Positions 38,865 through 51,891 of a DNA stretch of 64,000 bases are shown one piece after another. The stretch is from Schmidtea polychroa (Eukaryota), in assembly GCA_044892525.1 (NCBI GenBank), contig CM097885.1:14634001-14698000 (forward strand), written 5' to 3'. A program made the translations under genes and the position numbers. The notes under the pieces were generated by a model. That model searched no databases, was not told where the DNA came from, and saw only the letters and a list, made by a program, of their open reading frames with translations. Position 1 is the stretch's first letter. The number at the start of each line of letters is the position of its first letter.

Positions 38865-41250
38865 CTATAATTTCATCATGAAAATACTTAATAAAGCAAG
38901 TCCATTTAGACGCGTTTCACCCATTGTTGAACGGTCGACACTTTTTATTATTTCCAGCTTGCTAAAGCTGCGTTCCAATGTGCAATTTGTAACTGGCAAA
39001 ACAAGTGAAATTGTAAGAAGCTTGAAAACATTTGGAAAGAGAACGTTATGGCATATTTTCAAATGTTCAATGATATTCGCTTGTTTAACATAGATTTTTG
39101 AAACTGTCAGCTGTCACATAACAAACTCCGACTTCAATTGGTTATCAGAAACTTGAATAAAACTTCCATAAAAACTCAAGATTTTACCAATTCCTTCAGA
39201 AATTTGTATGTCATCAAAACCAATGGAAGAATATAAAAACAAATTAAATGATTTTAAAATATCATGATGCTTTTGAAATTTTTCAGTCCGTTCACTTATG
39301 AATATTCCTACTAATGGTTCAAATAGTAACTGAAGATAATAATCAAATGGTGTTGAAGTAGACCCATCGGCTTTTGATATCTCGCAATGTTTCGGTTTTG
39401 CAATCTGAATATAATGAACTTCTGCCATTTTCTCCTTATAATTGATAACTTTTTTAAACTCAATTGATGAGTTATTCTTGATTGATGCAAAAGATTCAAT
39501 GACTGAATTCGCTGTATCAAAAGCCACTGATAAATCGATTGATTCTGTTTGTAAATATTTACTTAGACTAATGGTGAAGCTCAACATGAAATCTTGTGTT
39601 GTCAACGAAATTATGAAGTGAAAAGATAAAATATTATTCAGATTGCCAATAGGTTCAATTGAAGTTAAATAATTCCATTCTGAAATTCCTTTAAAGCTTC
39701 AACTGTTCCAACTGTCTTTCAATGAAGCTGGTAGGACAAACATTCTTTAATTTCTTTGTTGTACTTTCTGCACATTTTTTTTGGATATTGTTGGAAAGTA
39801 TATGTTCTTTTAGGCGAGTTAACAAAATTGAAAATTCGTTTTATAAGATCATTGCAATTCTTGAGAAGTGGAATCTTGCAAGATTCTGTGAGAGCCAAGT
39901 TCAAAGAATGCGATAAACAATGCACCTTATACACTGGAGTACAAGTCGGAAAATTTCAACCTTTTCAGGAAGAGATAATCTTAATCCGACTTATACATAA
40001 TTCAAAAGTAAAAAACCTCAAAAATGTTAGATTTTAAGAACTTTCTGGGAATTTCCCTTTTTAAATACAACTTGACCTATTAATAATAATAATATTATAT
40101 TTTTAAATTTTGAAGTCTACCGCTGCAAAATTTCAACAAAAGATGTCAATAATCAACGAATAATTAAATAACTAATAATATATTAAAAATGCTGTTTCTG
40201 GTTGTCTTTTTAATCTCCGATTTATACTCAAGCCGAAAATTTGGAATGCTAAAAATAAATTAAAATCGACTTCCGACTTATATTTAAACGACCTTATAGT
40301 CAAGTATATACGGTAAATATAAGAAATTCCCTTTTGCCACTCCTGATTGAGCACATGACATTACAGCTGCGCCATCGTATCTCTGTCCAACGTAGAATGA
40401 TTAGTCTATTCCCAATTCACGAAATGTTTCCAGAATTTAACATCATTGATTTGAGTAAATCTTAAAAAATCTTCCTTAATCTTCGAGTTCTTAAAATTAA
40501 AGTAACGAACACTGAGGGATAATTTCTCCAAATTTGCTTTATGAGATGTTTCATTTGAAAATATTGTTTAAAAATGGCGATTTTTTCTACTTCTCAACTT
40601 GGCGATTGATGATAATTTTCTCAAACATTGAAATAATTTCATTCTGAATAATAGGACTTAAATATGTTGCATTTTGGTGAATTTTGCAGCAGTGTTTCAA
40701 AATTTGAATCACTGGTTGATCTCCATCGAATCACTGAATGTAAATTACCATCATTACCATCAACAATTCCGCCTTTGAAAATTTCTCCTGAATCATGCTT
40801 TCTTCGCAATCCAATATTTTGACTACCACAGAGAATAATTGCTTTTATGATGGGTGTCATTATAGTACGATTAGTTTGTACTTACTATATAATTTGTTTA
40901 TCAATTTGCGCATTTATTGGTTGAATTTTTCCATCAAAAAATGTTGCTTCGAGTCTTGATGAAATTTTCTGCTTATGATATATTGTCATTTTATGACCGT
41001 TAAAATACTCCAAACTTTTACGCCAGTTTTTATATCCTTCAGATATAAGCTTCCCCTTTTTACATTTTCGAAGAAGTAACAAAACATACAGTATGCAGCA
41101 TCAGCATATATTGAATATATGGATATGAGCTCAACCAGCGCCACTGGAACTTTAGTTCACGTTCATCTATTATTGAGGAAAGAATTTGGAAAATAGCTTC
41201 GGAATTTCTTATTTCCGTGTAACTTGATTTAGCTTTCGATAATCTACGCA
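38865..41250 (-). pseudogene. hAT (ZMYM1-like, DUF4371 + dimerisation) transposase relic
   Basis: Motifs FQWRWLSSYPY, CGSQNIGLR..HD, VHCLSHSLNL and LPVTNCTLERSFSKL..RSTMGETRLNGLALLSI. Confidence 0.88.
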
Positions 41251-41259
41251 AAATCGTAA

Positions 41260-41954
41260 ATCTCCATCTTTTTTCTTGACTATCACTATAGATGCGGAGA
41301 ATGGTGATGCACTATCTCGGGTTATTCCAAATTCCTTCATTGCTGTAATCTGTCAATCACTTTCCTCTTGATGAACGTATGGAATTCTGTATGGCTTTAT
41401 TTTAATTGGAGTTTCGTCTAATAGCGGTATTTCATGCTCAGTTACATTGGTTAAACCCAAATCATATTCGTGTTTGGCGAATATGTCTCGATATTTTCTC
41501 AACAGTTTTGTAAATTCCTTTTTCTGTATTTCATTCAAATCATTTCTTAATACTTCAGGCTCTTTATATACCTTGACGTTTCTTGGAATTTTGGGATTAG
41601 TTTCAACATACATTTTTGATAACTTACCCAATTTTGTTTTTGAGTGTAGCTGAACCGGTTTATTACTACTATTCGTTAAATGGACTGGTACTATCTGATT
41701 TTCCACTTTGACTATTTCGTCATATATTGGTAGATCATATTTTTTAACTTGCGTTTGGTTTAGTTCAATATGAAATCGCCATTATCCACACTTATGGTAT
41801 TTGCACAGTAGACTATCTCCGATTGTGGTGGTATTGTCAGTGTCTGATTTAGAAACACTTCACCTACTCTGTGAATTATTTCTCCTGTTTCTCCTGCTAT
41901 CAAATTACCTGTCTTTAAATCAAGTGAGACTCTGTCCAGCTGCTCTAATATATC
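41260..41954 (-). pseudogene. Gypsy pol fragment (protease-RT junction)
   Basis: LLRKYRDIFA..DLGLTNVTEHEI...PIKIKPYRIP, followed by SASPFSA. Confidence 0.8.
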
Positions 41955-42306
41955 TGTTGAGGATACCTAAATGACAAATTATAAACAAATAAATAAAATG
42001 ACTTGGGGGAAGATCTATGGGAACTCAGAAAAGAAAATGGAAGCAAAAAGAAATGTGAAATGATGAAGAGGAAGGAAACAAAAGAAATTAATCAAGAAAA
42101 TAAAAATGTTCCTGAAAATAATCACGAAAATATTGAAAATCGAGAAAATATTGAAAATGTTGAAAATTATGAAATTGATGTAGAAATTAAGTACTATGAA
42201 TATTTAAGTAAATAATAAAACTTCGAAAATAAAATAATAATGAGAACTTTGAAAATAATACTTTGAAAATAATACTTTGAAAATAATATTTTGAAAAAAA
42301 CTTGAA

Positions 42307-42348
<42 letters not shown>

Positions 42349-42583
42349 TATGAGGAAGTTGTATGATGAAGAAATTTTTAAATTGAAAATTTTAAAAAAT
42401 TAAAGTTTAGATTAATTTTTAAAAAAACAAAATAAGAAGATATTTTAATCAAAAATATCTTCGTAGAAAATTTGTTTAAATAAGGAAGTTTAAAGAAGAT
42501 ATAATTTGATTTGGATATTTACTGAAATACAATTTATGGAAACAAAAACTGATTTTAATGTTTTACAGGATGAACCTCCTAAT

Positions 42584-43543
42584 ATGGTGGCAGCGGTAAA
42601 CACGGACGCAATTACCGAAAGATTGCTACCAAAGGAAAAGTTCATTAAAAGATGCGAAATTTATTTCGACGCCAAGGGAATCACGCAGAAGAAAGACCAG
42701 GAAAGATTACCATCTTGCATGATTGATGAGGATCTCCTGGAAGTGTACGCCAAAACACTGAAAAAAAGCTGAAGGATTCCAGGCTAGGTTGCAATTGGCA
42801 TTCGATCGCGAAAGAGATGTTTTAAAGGATCTACAAAACTTGTTGAATTACAAGCGGAAGGGTGAAGAAATAGAAACGTATTTTAAAAAGGTGGAGGACC
42901 TTGTTGAAAGATTGTTTGAAAATAAAGAATTTACCAAAGAGAAATTAACAGCAAGGATGTTAATAGTCTGTGCGGAGAATAAAGAAGTTGAGAAAGAAGT
43001 GATACTGCGGAAAATAAAAAGCACAGAAGAAATAAATGAAACACTAACTCTGATGGACAAAGTAGACAAGCAAAGAGATCAGATAAACAGAATGAAAAGT
43101 TACGCCAGAGTGGTCTATCAGGAACCACAGGGAAGAGTACAATACAAGAAGAAAGAACAGAGAGAAGAAAGTATCCGAAGAGAAATGCCAGAATGCTGGT
43201 TATGCCACAAAATAGGACACACGAAAATTGATTGTCCAATAAAAGGTAAAATAGAATGCTGGACATGTCATAGAAGCGGACATATAAGTAGAAACTGTCC
43301 AGATAAAAAGGCTCCAAGATGTTTTGGGTGTGGGAAAGATCCGAGGAGTGTTATACAAAGATGAGGTACGGGAGAGCGACGGAGAGACAAAGATTCACGG
43401 GAAACAGATACAGTCGGATAAATGGTATCGAGGAAGAAGAAGAAAGGGAATCGTGTGTAGAGACAAATGAAGATAATTTTAGGAAGACGTACCCAAACAA
43501 CAGGACTCCACCAGTAGAGGAGTTGGTTGGAGCCATATTCTAA
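42584..43543 (+). pseudogene. gag with CCHC zinc knuckles (frameshifted)
   Basis: CWLCHKIGHTKIDC and CWTCHRSGHISRNC plus a partial third knuckle; frame breaks near 42765 and 43340. Confidence 0.85.
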
Positions 43544-43551
43544 CAGAAAAT

Positions 43552-45870
43552 TTGATGGGATATACTCAAGGGGCAGAAAATTGGGAGAATGTTGGAAGGG
43601 TAAGCGAGAAAGTATACAGGTTCCTAAAGAGAGAAATGTTTGAAGAGGAAGTGGAAAGAATTGGAACCATTGAAACGGAGCAGGTTGTTGAAATTTTGTA
43701 TAACAGAATGCAAGGAAGGCCTAGTATAACAGCAAGGATGAATGGGGAAAATTTCGACTGTTTATTAGACACTGGGGCAAGAATCAATGTAATGAGTGTG
43801 AACTGTTTTAACAAGCTACGAGGACAACAATTGACGAAAAGTGACGATAAATTACGATGCGCAAACGAGAGTACGATCGAGACAATAGGAAAAACGAAGG
43901 TGCAAGTAACCATTGGAAATGTTTCGAAGGAAGTTATATTCATTGTGGCGGAGAAAGTGACACCAGACGTGATTGGAGGAATCGAATTACAAGAAACATT
44001 TGGATTTAGACTGTTAAAAATTAAAGATATCGAGGTTAGTGAAAAAGACAAGAACTATATTTGTAACATTGAAGCAAAATTTGGCAGAAAAATAAACGAT
44101 GAACAACGATTGATACGCGTGTTGGAACAGTTAAAGATCAATGAAGATAGCAAATTAAAGGAAATTATAACAAACAGTGGAAACGTGTTTATGGCAGATA
44201 AATGGGATGTGGATCGCACACATTTGGTAAAACACAAGATAGTTACAAGAGGTGAGCCGATAAACATAAAACCATATCGCCAACCACTAAATTTGGAATC
44301 AAAGATTGAAAAAACAATACAAAATTTGTACGAAAATGGAATTATACGGAAATGTAACTCTCCATGGAATACACCGCTAATATGTGTATGGAAAAAAGAG
44401 AAAAAGGATATTAGACTATGCTTGGACTTTAGACAGCTGAACGCGGTAACAGAGAGGCATACCATTGGAGCAGTACTTTCACAAAGAGATAAAGATGGAA
44501 AGGAAAGAGTATTTGCGTATGGATCACACTCGATGACGAGCCACGAGAAAGGATATTGTAATACAAGAAAGGAACTATTGGCAGTATATTATTTTTGCAT
44601 TCATTTTAAGCACTATATCTACGGAAGAAGATTCACGCTCAGGACAGACCACAAGGCAATCACGTTTATGATGAGAACCAAGAAGCCGATTACTTCACAA
44701 TTCCAAACATGGATCAATTATTTGAGCAGTTTAGATATAAGAGTAGAATACAGAAAGGGTATTAATCACCAAAATGCAGACATGGTTTCGAGAACTAAAT
44801 GTGACACGTGTGTTCAATGTCAAATGGCCCACGAAGAAGCTAAGAAAGGAAAGATAAAAACAAGATTACTAGACTCGATCAGAGAAGGGGGAAGAAGCAA
44901 CATCCAACATGGAATTGTAGAAGAAGTACGAAAGAAAACGATGATACCTGAAAATGAGTTACAAGAAACAATAAAGGAAATACATAGACTATTGTGTCAT
45001 GCTGGAGTCGAGAAGATAGCCGATTATATGAAAGATAGATATGTTGGAAAACACCTGTGGAGTCAGATTCAGGAGATTGTTCGAAGTTGTGAGATTTGTC
45101 AAAAAACCAAGGCTTTAACAATAACAACGAAAGAACCAGTAAAAAGACAAGATTCGAAGGAAATGTTCGAAATTATATTCGTGGATATATGTGGACCGTT
45201 GGCAGAAACAAAAGGACGTAAGAAGTATATATTGGGCATAATAGATCAGTATAGTAAGTATCAAGTCTTGACAGCGATAACAAAACAAGACGAAGAAACA
45301 ATAAAGAAAGCGATTTTAGAAAAGTGGATTTTAAAATTTGGATGCCCAAAGGAGATAAGAGTTGATTGCGGAAAGGCGTTTGAATCAGGAATGATGAGAG
45401 AATTCACAAAGATGCTAGATATTAAATTATGTTTTTCGAGTCCATATCATCACCAAACAAACGGTCAGATAGAAAGACAATTCAGGACAATACGGGATTT
45501 GATTAATGCTACTTTACAGGATAGAAAGAAGACGGATTGGGCAGAGATATTACCAGAAGTCGAATTCACTTTAAATGCAACCAAACAAAAAACGACAGGG
45601 AAAAGCCTGGCAGAGATAGTTTTTGGAAAAAAGACTAGCAGGGAAAAATGGTACGGGTCCAAAGAAATATCGATAAAGGAAGAACTAGAAGAACAAACAA
45701 GGAGAAAATTCAATGTAGGAGAAGAAGTATTAGTAAAAGTAGAAACACGCCACAAAGGCCAGGACAGGTATGAAGGTCTGCACAAAGTGATAGAGAAAGT
45801 GCATGACAGACGATACATGAAGATGGAAAAAGGATCGAAAGAAATGTTGAAAAACTTAAAAATTTCTTAA
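43552..45870 (+). CDS. pol: aspartic protease, RT N-terminus, RNase H, integrase (RT core missing)
   Basis: LLDTGA; SPWNTP..LCLDFRQLN joined directly to TIGAVLSQ; ELLAV..TDH; H..H..C..C; VDICGP, DCG..F and NGQIER. Confidence 0.9.
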   Translation: MMGYTQGAENWENVGRVSEKVYRFLKREMFEEEVERIGTIETEQVVEILYNRMQGRPSITARMNGENFDCLLDTGARINVMSVNCFNKLRGQQLTKSDDKLRCANESTIETIGKTKVQVTIGNVSKEVIFIVAEKVTPDVIGGIELQETFGFRLLKIKDIEVSEKDKNYICNIEAKFGRKINDEQRLIRVLEQLKINEDSKLKEIITNSGNVFMADKWDVDRTHLVKHKIVTRGEPINIKPYRQPLNLESKIEKTIQNLYENGIIRKCNSPWNTPLICVWKKEKKDIRLCLDFRQLNAVTERHTIGAVLSQRDKDGKERVFAYGSHSMTSHEKGYCNTRKELLAVYYFCIHFKHYIYGRRFTLRTDHKAITFMMRTKKPITSQFQTWINYLSSLDIRVEYRKGINHQNADMVSRTKCDTCVQCQMAHEEAKKGKIKTRLLDSIREGGRSNIQHGIVEEVRKKTMIPENELQETIKEIHRLLCHAGVEKIADYMKDRYVGKHLWSQIQEIVRSCEICQKTKALTITTKEPVKRQDSKEMFEIIFVDICGPLAETKGRKKYILGIIDQYSKYQVLTAITKQDEETIKKAILEKWILKFGCPKEIRVDCGKAFESGMMREFTKMLDIKLCFSSPYHHQTNGQIERQFRTIRDLINATLQDRKKTDWAEILPEVEFTLNATKQKTTGKSLAEIVFGKKTSREKWYGSKEISIKEELEEQTRRKFNVGEEVLVKVETRHKGQDRYEGLHKVIEKVHDRRYMKMEKGSKEMLKNLKIS

Positions 45871-46110
45871 GAAGGGGGATATGAGGAAGTTTTATGATGA
45901 AGAAATTTTTAAATTGAAAATTTTAAAAAATTAAAGTTTAGATTAATTTTTAAAAAAACAAAATAAGAAGATATTTTAATTAAAAATATCTTCGTAGAAA
46001 ATTTGTTTAAATAAGGAAGTTTAAAGAAGATATAATTTGATTTGGATATTTACTGAAATACAATTTATGGAAACAAAAACTGATTTTAATGTTTTACAGG
46101 ATGAACCTCC

Positions 46111-46429
<319 letters not shown>

Positions 46430-46589
46430 TGAAAAATAACTTTGAAAATAATACTTCTAGAGACCGTTGATAATAGTGGTCTATCTAATTCGGCGAAACC
46501 CAAGAGTGATACTTTTTTAGATGACTCGTTTGAATGAAAAAATAAATCAAGTCTGAAAATGGTAGCAATCGGTCAATTAATAAAATTAA

Positions 46590-46803
46590 CCCTCCAGCGG
46601 GCGCGTTGGGTCTTACAGACCCAGACGATCTTTTTTTGCGTAAAAAAATGTAAAAGCTTGTTTATAAAGTAATAAATCTTTTAAAATTTAATATTGCTTT
46701 ATTTTGCCAATCAATAAGTCTATAAATCATGAGAAAGCAATATTGGGTCTGTGAGACCCAAAGCGCGCATCCATGTAATTTTTTTAGCGCGCGCTCTGCA
46801 GGG
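46590..46803. mobile_element. piggyBac-type MITE
   Basis: TTAA on both flanks; TIRs CCCTCCAGCGGGCGCG and CGCGCGCTCTGCAGGG; internal gggtct..agaccc palindromes. Confidence 0.85.
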
Positions 46804-46849
46804 TTAAGGAAATTAGTTTTAAATTGACAAAAATATTCACAAATAAGTA

Positions 46850-47990
46850 TGTTGAATGGTCACGCAGGTATTAATACTCCTCCAAAATTATCCTTAAAAT
46901 ATTGTATGATTAATGTGAAAGACACTGAGGATGTGTTTCATCTATACTATTTTGTCTATTATAAAAAATGATAAGGTTAGTAGATATGCCTAAAATAGAA
47001 CATCTAGTTATAATCCACCAGATCTTTTTTTGACTCTTCAGATTTGCCAAAAAAATTGTACAATATCCCGAAATTTGAGGCTAAAAATCCTGGATTTGCT
47101 ATTAATGTTCTTTCGTGTGATGAATTTGACTTAATAAATGTTAATGATAAGGAAGTATTGAAACATCCTTTTGTATATGTCATACATAGGTCTAAAGTTG
47201 TAGGTGGAATTCCCATTAATTTAATGGAACAAAGAAAATGATAGAACTCACTAAAGAATTCACTGGAAGAATTCACGACTCAAACTCATTGCTACCTTTG
47301 CAAAAAGATTATCAATATACCTGTTCAAGATCATGATCATTTTACAGGTCAATATCTCGGAGCAGCATTTCAAGATTGCAATTTGGGTAGAAGAATCAAT
47401 CCGTCTTTACCTGTTGTATTTCACAACCTCTGAGGATATGACATTCATCACATATTAAAATATGCAATTGGAAAATTTCCAGATTGGAATTTAAATGTTA
47501 TTCCTCAATCAACAGAAAAGTTTCTTATGCTTACAGCAACATCAAAAGGTAGAAGAATTAGATTCATTGATTCATTGCAATTTTTAAATAGCAGTTGGCA
47601 AATTTAGCAAAAAACTTGCCAAGCCTTCCACTGACTTCAAAGTTTTTCAATAATAGGATTACCACCGATTTGGGATAGAGTTAGTCAAGAAGATTACATA
47701 TATGCAAATCTAGCGACAATACAACTGTGAGACGTTGCTAGATTACATGCTAGTATATCTCAAGTTGAATGTTTTGCTATTAGCAGATATTTTTTGGCTT
47801 TCAGAATAAAAACATTTGATGAAGATGGACTTGAGGCTCTGTCGTTTGTTTCCATACCAGGATTAAGTTGGGATTAAGCAGTTACCTGAACCGATAGAAC
47901 TTATTCAAGATCCTTTCATTTGAAGCTGGTATTCGTAGAGGAATGACATTTATCAGCAAACATCAATTTCCTGATGAAGCAACAATAGAT
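46850..47990 (+). pseudogene. Second Polinton pPolB relic
   Basis: IPKFEAKNPGFAINV..IHRSKVVGG, CYLCKK..VQDHDHFTGQYLGAA, PVVFHNL*GYD, RFIDSLQFLNSSL and SIPGLSW. Confidence 0.85.
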
Positions 47991-48199
47991 AGAGAATAAA
48001 TTATTCACTTATATAAGTTAAATTAAAAGTTTAAATGACAAACAATTTAAAAGTTACTGTTTATATATTACACATTACTAATTTCTGACCAATTTAAATC
48101 AATGAAGGGGTACGACAAAGAATAAATACATTACGTTGCGGTATTTTAAAACTTAAATATATTTTAAAATCACATTTTTCATCATTTTCAATATTTTCA

Positions 48200-48246
<47 letters not shown>

Positions 48247-48299
48247 GGGTTGAGTATGTATGAAAAATTAAATATTTTAGGTTTTTTCACTAATATTTG

Positions 48300-49260
48300 C
48301 AATAACATGTTGAATGTGAGCAGTACCCTTGTGACCATTACCGGTAAGGGGACAAAATATCTTGTCGGATAAACTCAGAGTATATATTCATCGCGCGCGT
48401 TAATAACTTTAAATCTAGTAATGTTATCTCATTAAAAGGGTCTTGCACTGTGTTTTAAAATAAGACATCGATCAATAAAATCGGTTGATAGGAACAATAA
48501 CTTTTGGTTTGCAAAAAGTGGGTCACCGCTGAAACAAAGACATAATTTTTAAAAATATTTTTACGATGAGTCATTTTCAATTTTCTTGTAGGGACTTGTG
48601 TCTATGAGTCATCCGATGAGTCATTGTCTTTGTTGTAAAAATTTATGCTTTTGTTCCATAAAATGATGAGTCATTTGTCTTTGTTCAAAAAAGATGAGTC
48701 ATCAGTTATTATTCTGTAGCGACATGTTGAGTGTGACCAGTGCACGTAATATATAAAATAAAGTTTTAAAAGTTTGAACCCCTTGACGGTTTTTATATGT
48801 TCATGACCCTTCATAAACCTTTGAAAGTATGACCATGATACTTACATCACAAACACCTTTTTTTATATTTATATTATAAGGTTTTAAAATTTTTGAACCT
48901 TGGACCCTTCGAACTCACCATCAAGAATTTTTTTTTGAATGATTTATAACTTGTAAGATTTGAAAAACATTTAAGTTTGAACACCTTTGAAGGTTATTGA
49001 CCGACCATAAGATTTTGAGGGTATGACCATCATATTCGCCTCTCATATACATTTTGTTTTATATCTATATTATAAAGTTTGAAAAAAATCGAAGGTTTTT
49101 AACCTTTGAAGGTTTTTCACCTTAGACATTCGAGGGTATGACCATCGGATAGAGATCTTCTAGACCTTTCGAATGATACCTTTGGTTGAAGGTCTGACCT
49201 TATTTGACCTTTGGAAATTCAAAATATGACGAGTCATATGTCTTTGTTCCGTAAATGTAT
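48300..49260. repeat. Polinton-like terminal repeat region
   Basis: Same motifs as 30130-30658, plus gaagg..gtatgacc repeats that are inverted relative to 3800-3880. Confidence 0.6.
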
Positions 49261-50800
49261 TTGTTCAGTATATCGTTGTGACGTTTGCATTCTGTATTAT
49301 ATAATTATTAAGTTTCTTCATAAATAAGTGTTCGACTTGTTAGGTTTACATGCTATACCCCCAGAATGGATGGAGTTTTTGTTTTCTATAGACACCTTCC
49401 AAACAAGAAATCCGAAAATTTAGCATGTCCACTGAGTAATTAGTTTTATTTTCGGGTTCTACACAGATTGCACACTACAAACGTCACTTATATCATGTTT
49501 AATTATTCAATAATTAAAACATATCAGTTGTCAACGAGAAAATTTTGTCAACAGATGCTACCTTTTATTTTAACCCAGTGCTGAGTTATTACGTCAAATA
49601 AACAAAACTCCTTCATTATTTGCTCAATTGCTTCTTAATGTTTCAGATGATTTAAAGAACTATTTTTTTTTGGTATTTTCTTAGTGAATTTAAAGTTGGA
49701 ATATATTTCCGAATAAAAAGTTTGTTTTATTAAAAAATTTACTTTCATTCTTCCAAAAACTAAAAATTCACAATAATAGTAGAAATTTATATATGTTTAA
49801 GAAAACCAACTAGTGGAATTTTTAGCAATTTTTGCAGTGATAAAGATTTTTATCTTTATATTGTTTGAACCCAATAAATTCAATTTATAAAAAAAACCAT
49901 AAATTTTGTTTAAAAATTCATTTTCAATTTATATTTTCAAAATTACATCTTTTTGAAATTTGCCATTCGAAAACTTTATGATTATTCTATTACATTTTAT
50001 TTTGAAAATCTGTGTTTCTGAACTTAAAAACCTATCATATAAAAATGTTAGGGTATTAAAATGTATTTTTATGTTTATTTTTTGACTGACTACCATTCAT
50101 TCTTACAGAGAAGATAATTAATTCGCGAAACGTATTTCTATATTATAATTCTCAGAAATTTAATGGTAAGTTATCAAAATCTTTTTTGATTTATTTTTAA
50201 TATTGTTGAATAGTTAATGGAAAATTAGGGAATTCCAAAATGGCCTTTTATGAAATTTTTTTGGTTTATTTAAAATTCCTGAAAATCGACCTGTGAAAAT
50301 TAATACAAATCAAGAAGTTTGTGCTATTATTAATTAATTTTTAATGAAATATTTATTTTTTATAATTTTAATACGAGGATTAATGAATTTATTTACTGTT
50401 GTATATTTTACAGAATTTATGAACATTAATCATCTTTGAAGCTTTAAACGAAAAGCTTCAGTCATCCTATGAATATTTTATCATCAGTTCATTTTTAAAA
50501 ACTCCTGATTAACTACAATTTTCATATTTTATTTTTCAGTAATCTCACCGCGTTTGCAATCTGATTGTATATTATTGGCTTTAGCTTTGTTCTTGTCGTT
50601 AATGTGTGTTGTCTTTGTTTCAATCAAAAGTAGCAAATACTCAGATTTACTGTTTCGGACAATCTAATCTCCGGATTTTCCTAATCATTGATTGGTTTAC
50701 CTTGAATAATAAATGAGATTAAATAATTAATTAATTGGTTTTTTTCTTTCTAACCCTTCTCTAATCTTTCTTTTAATTTACCACCGGTTACCAGTTTCTT

Positions 50801-50837
<37 letters not shown>

Positions 50838-51891
50838 ATTATTTTTTGGAATATTTATTAATACCCGTTCTGATCAGCGGTTACCGAATAATATAATAGG
50901 ACACTGTAGGAGCTGCCAAATGAAATAGATGGTGAATGAGCTTGCTCCAGTGGCGATAGCATTTATCGACTTAACTCCATACTGTTACACTGATTGGTTG
51001 ATTGCTGTCGGCCAATGAAATTGTCTGATTTTCAATTGGTTGATAATTAAATTTTGGAAAAAAGTCAAATATTTAAACAGGAATAAGATATCAAAGTTAA
51101 TATTGCATTTTTGAAGTAATCTCGTATGAAACAACACGTTTATTTCCTCAATACACCTCCAAAATCCAGATAGACCTACACTTCGTCGTAAAATCTGTTT
51201 ATCAATGGCATCACCTCAAACGTCATTCGTTAGCTGAAAGATTCCAGTGAATCTTTTGTAGCTTTTTTCTTATCTATCGTATCTCAATGTAAGGCTAGAT
51301 CTGTCGTATTCAATTGAAAACTGACTAATCATGTTATTGTCTTACGTTAGAAACTGACGTTCAGGATCAGCTGACAAACCGTATGACTTACCAACTTATT
51401 CAAAATCTACTATCAAAGGGTTACATGACAAAATTACACAAGACGAAATTACACAAGACGAAATTACACAAGACGAAATTACACAAGACGAAATTACACA
51501 AGACGAAATTACACAAGACGAAATTACACGGGATGAAATTACACTGAGACGAAATTACACAGGATGAAATTACACTGAGACGAAATTACACTAAAAAATA
51601 GTAAGAAACAAAATTAAAAAAAATAGTTTAAATTTTAATAAAAAGTTTTAATATAAAAATTAGTAAAAAGTTTTAAAAAATTAGTAAAAGTTAAGTATTA
51701 AATTTAGCAATGAATATATTAACAATTTTAAATAATAAAATAATAAAAATTTAAGTAAAAAAATAATTATAATATTTAATAATTAATAAATATATATATT
51801 CAAATTACTAGTTTTTCTCTAATAACAACATAATTTTTTATTTTATGAATAGTGAGAGATAAACTAAAAAAATAAAATCAAACATTTAATG

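Larger units (their letters stand above)
42349..46115 (+). mobile_element. Gypsy/Ty3 LTR retrotransposon, young, RT-deleted
   Basis: LTRs at 42349-42584 and 45880-46115 (236 bp each, two differences seen). PBS TGGTGGCAGCGGT at 42585-42597 (tRNA-Leu-like) and PPT AAGAAGGGGGA at 45869-45879. ATAAT flanks both ends within (TAA)n. Confidence 0.95.

Noticed and set aside
43566..45818. Minus-strand ORFs overlapping Gypsy pol, and similar antisense ORFs in the MULE
   Set aside because: They are antisense shadows of real coding sequence with no motifs of their own.
50100..50560. Possible short host exons with GT-AG boundaries
   Set aside because: No recognisable protein similarity and the frame is interrupted; too weak to call.
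51419..51590. Regular 15-bp repeats resembling a CRISPR array
   Set aside because: There are no unique spacers or cas genes; they are MULE TIR subrepeats mirrored at 54135-54317.
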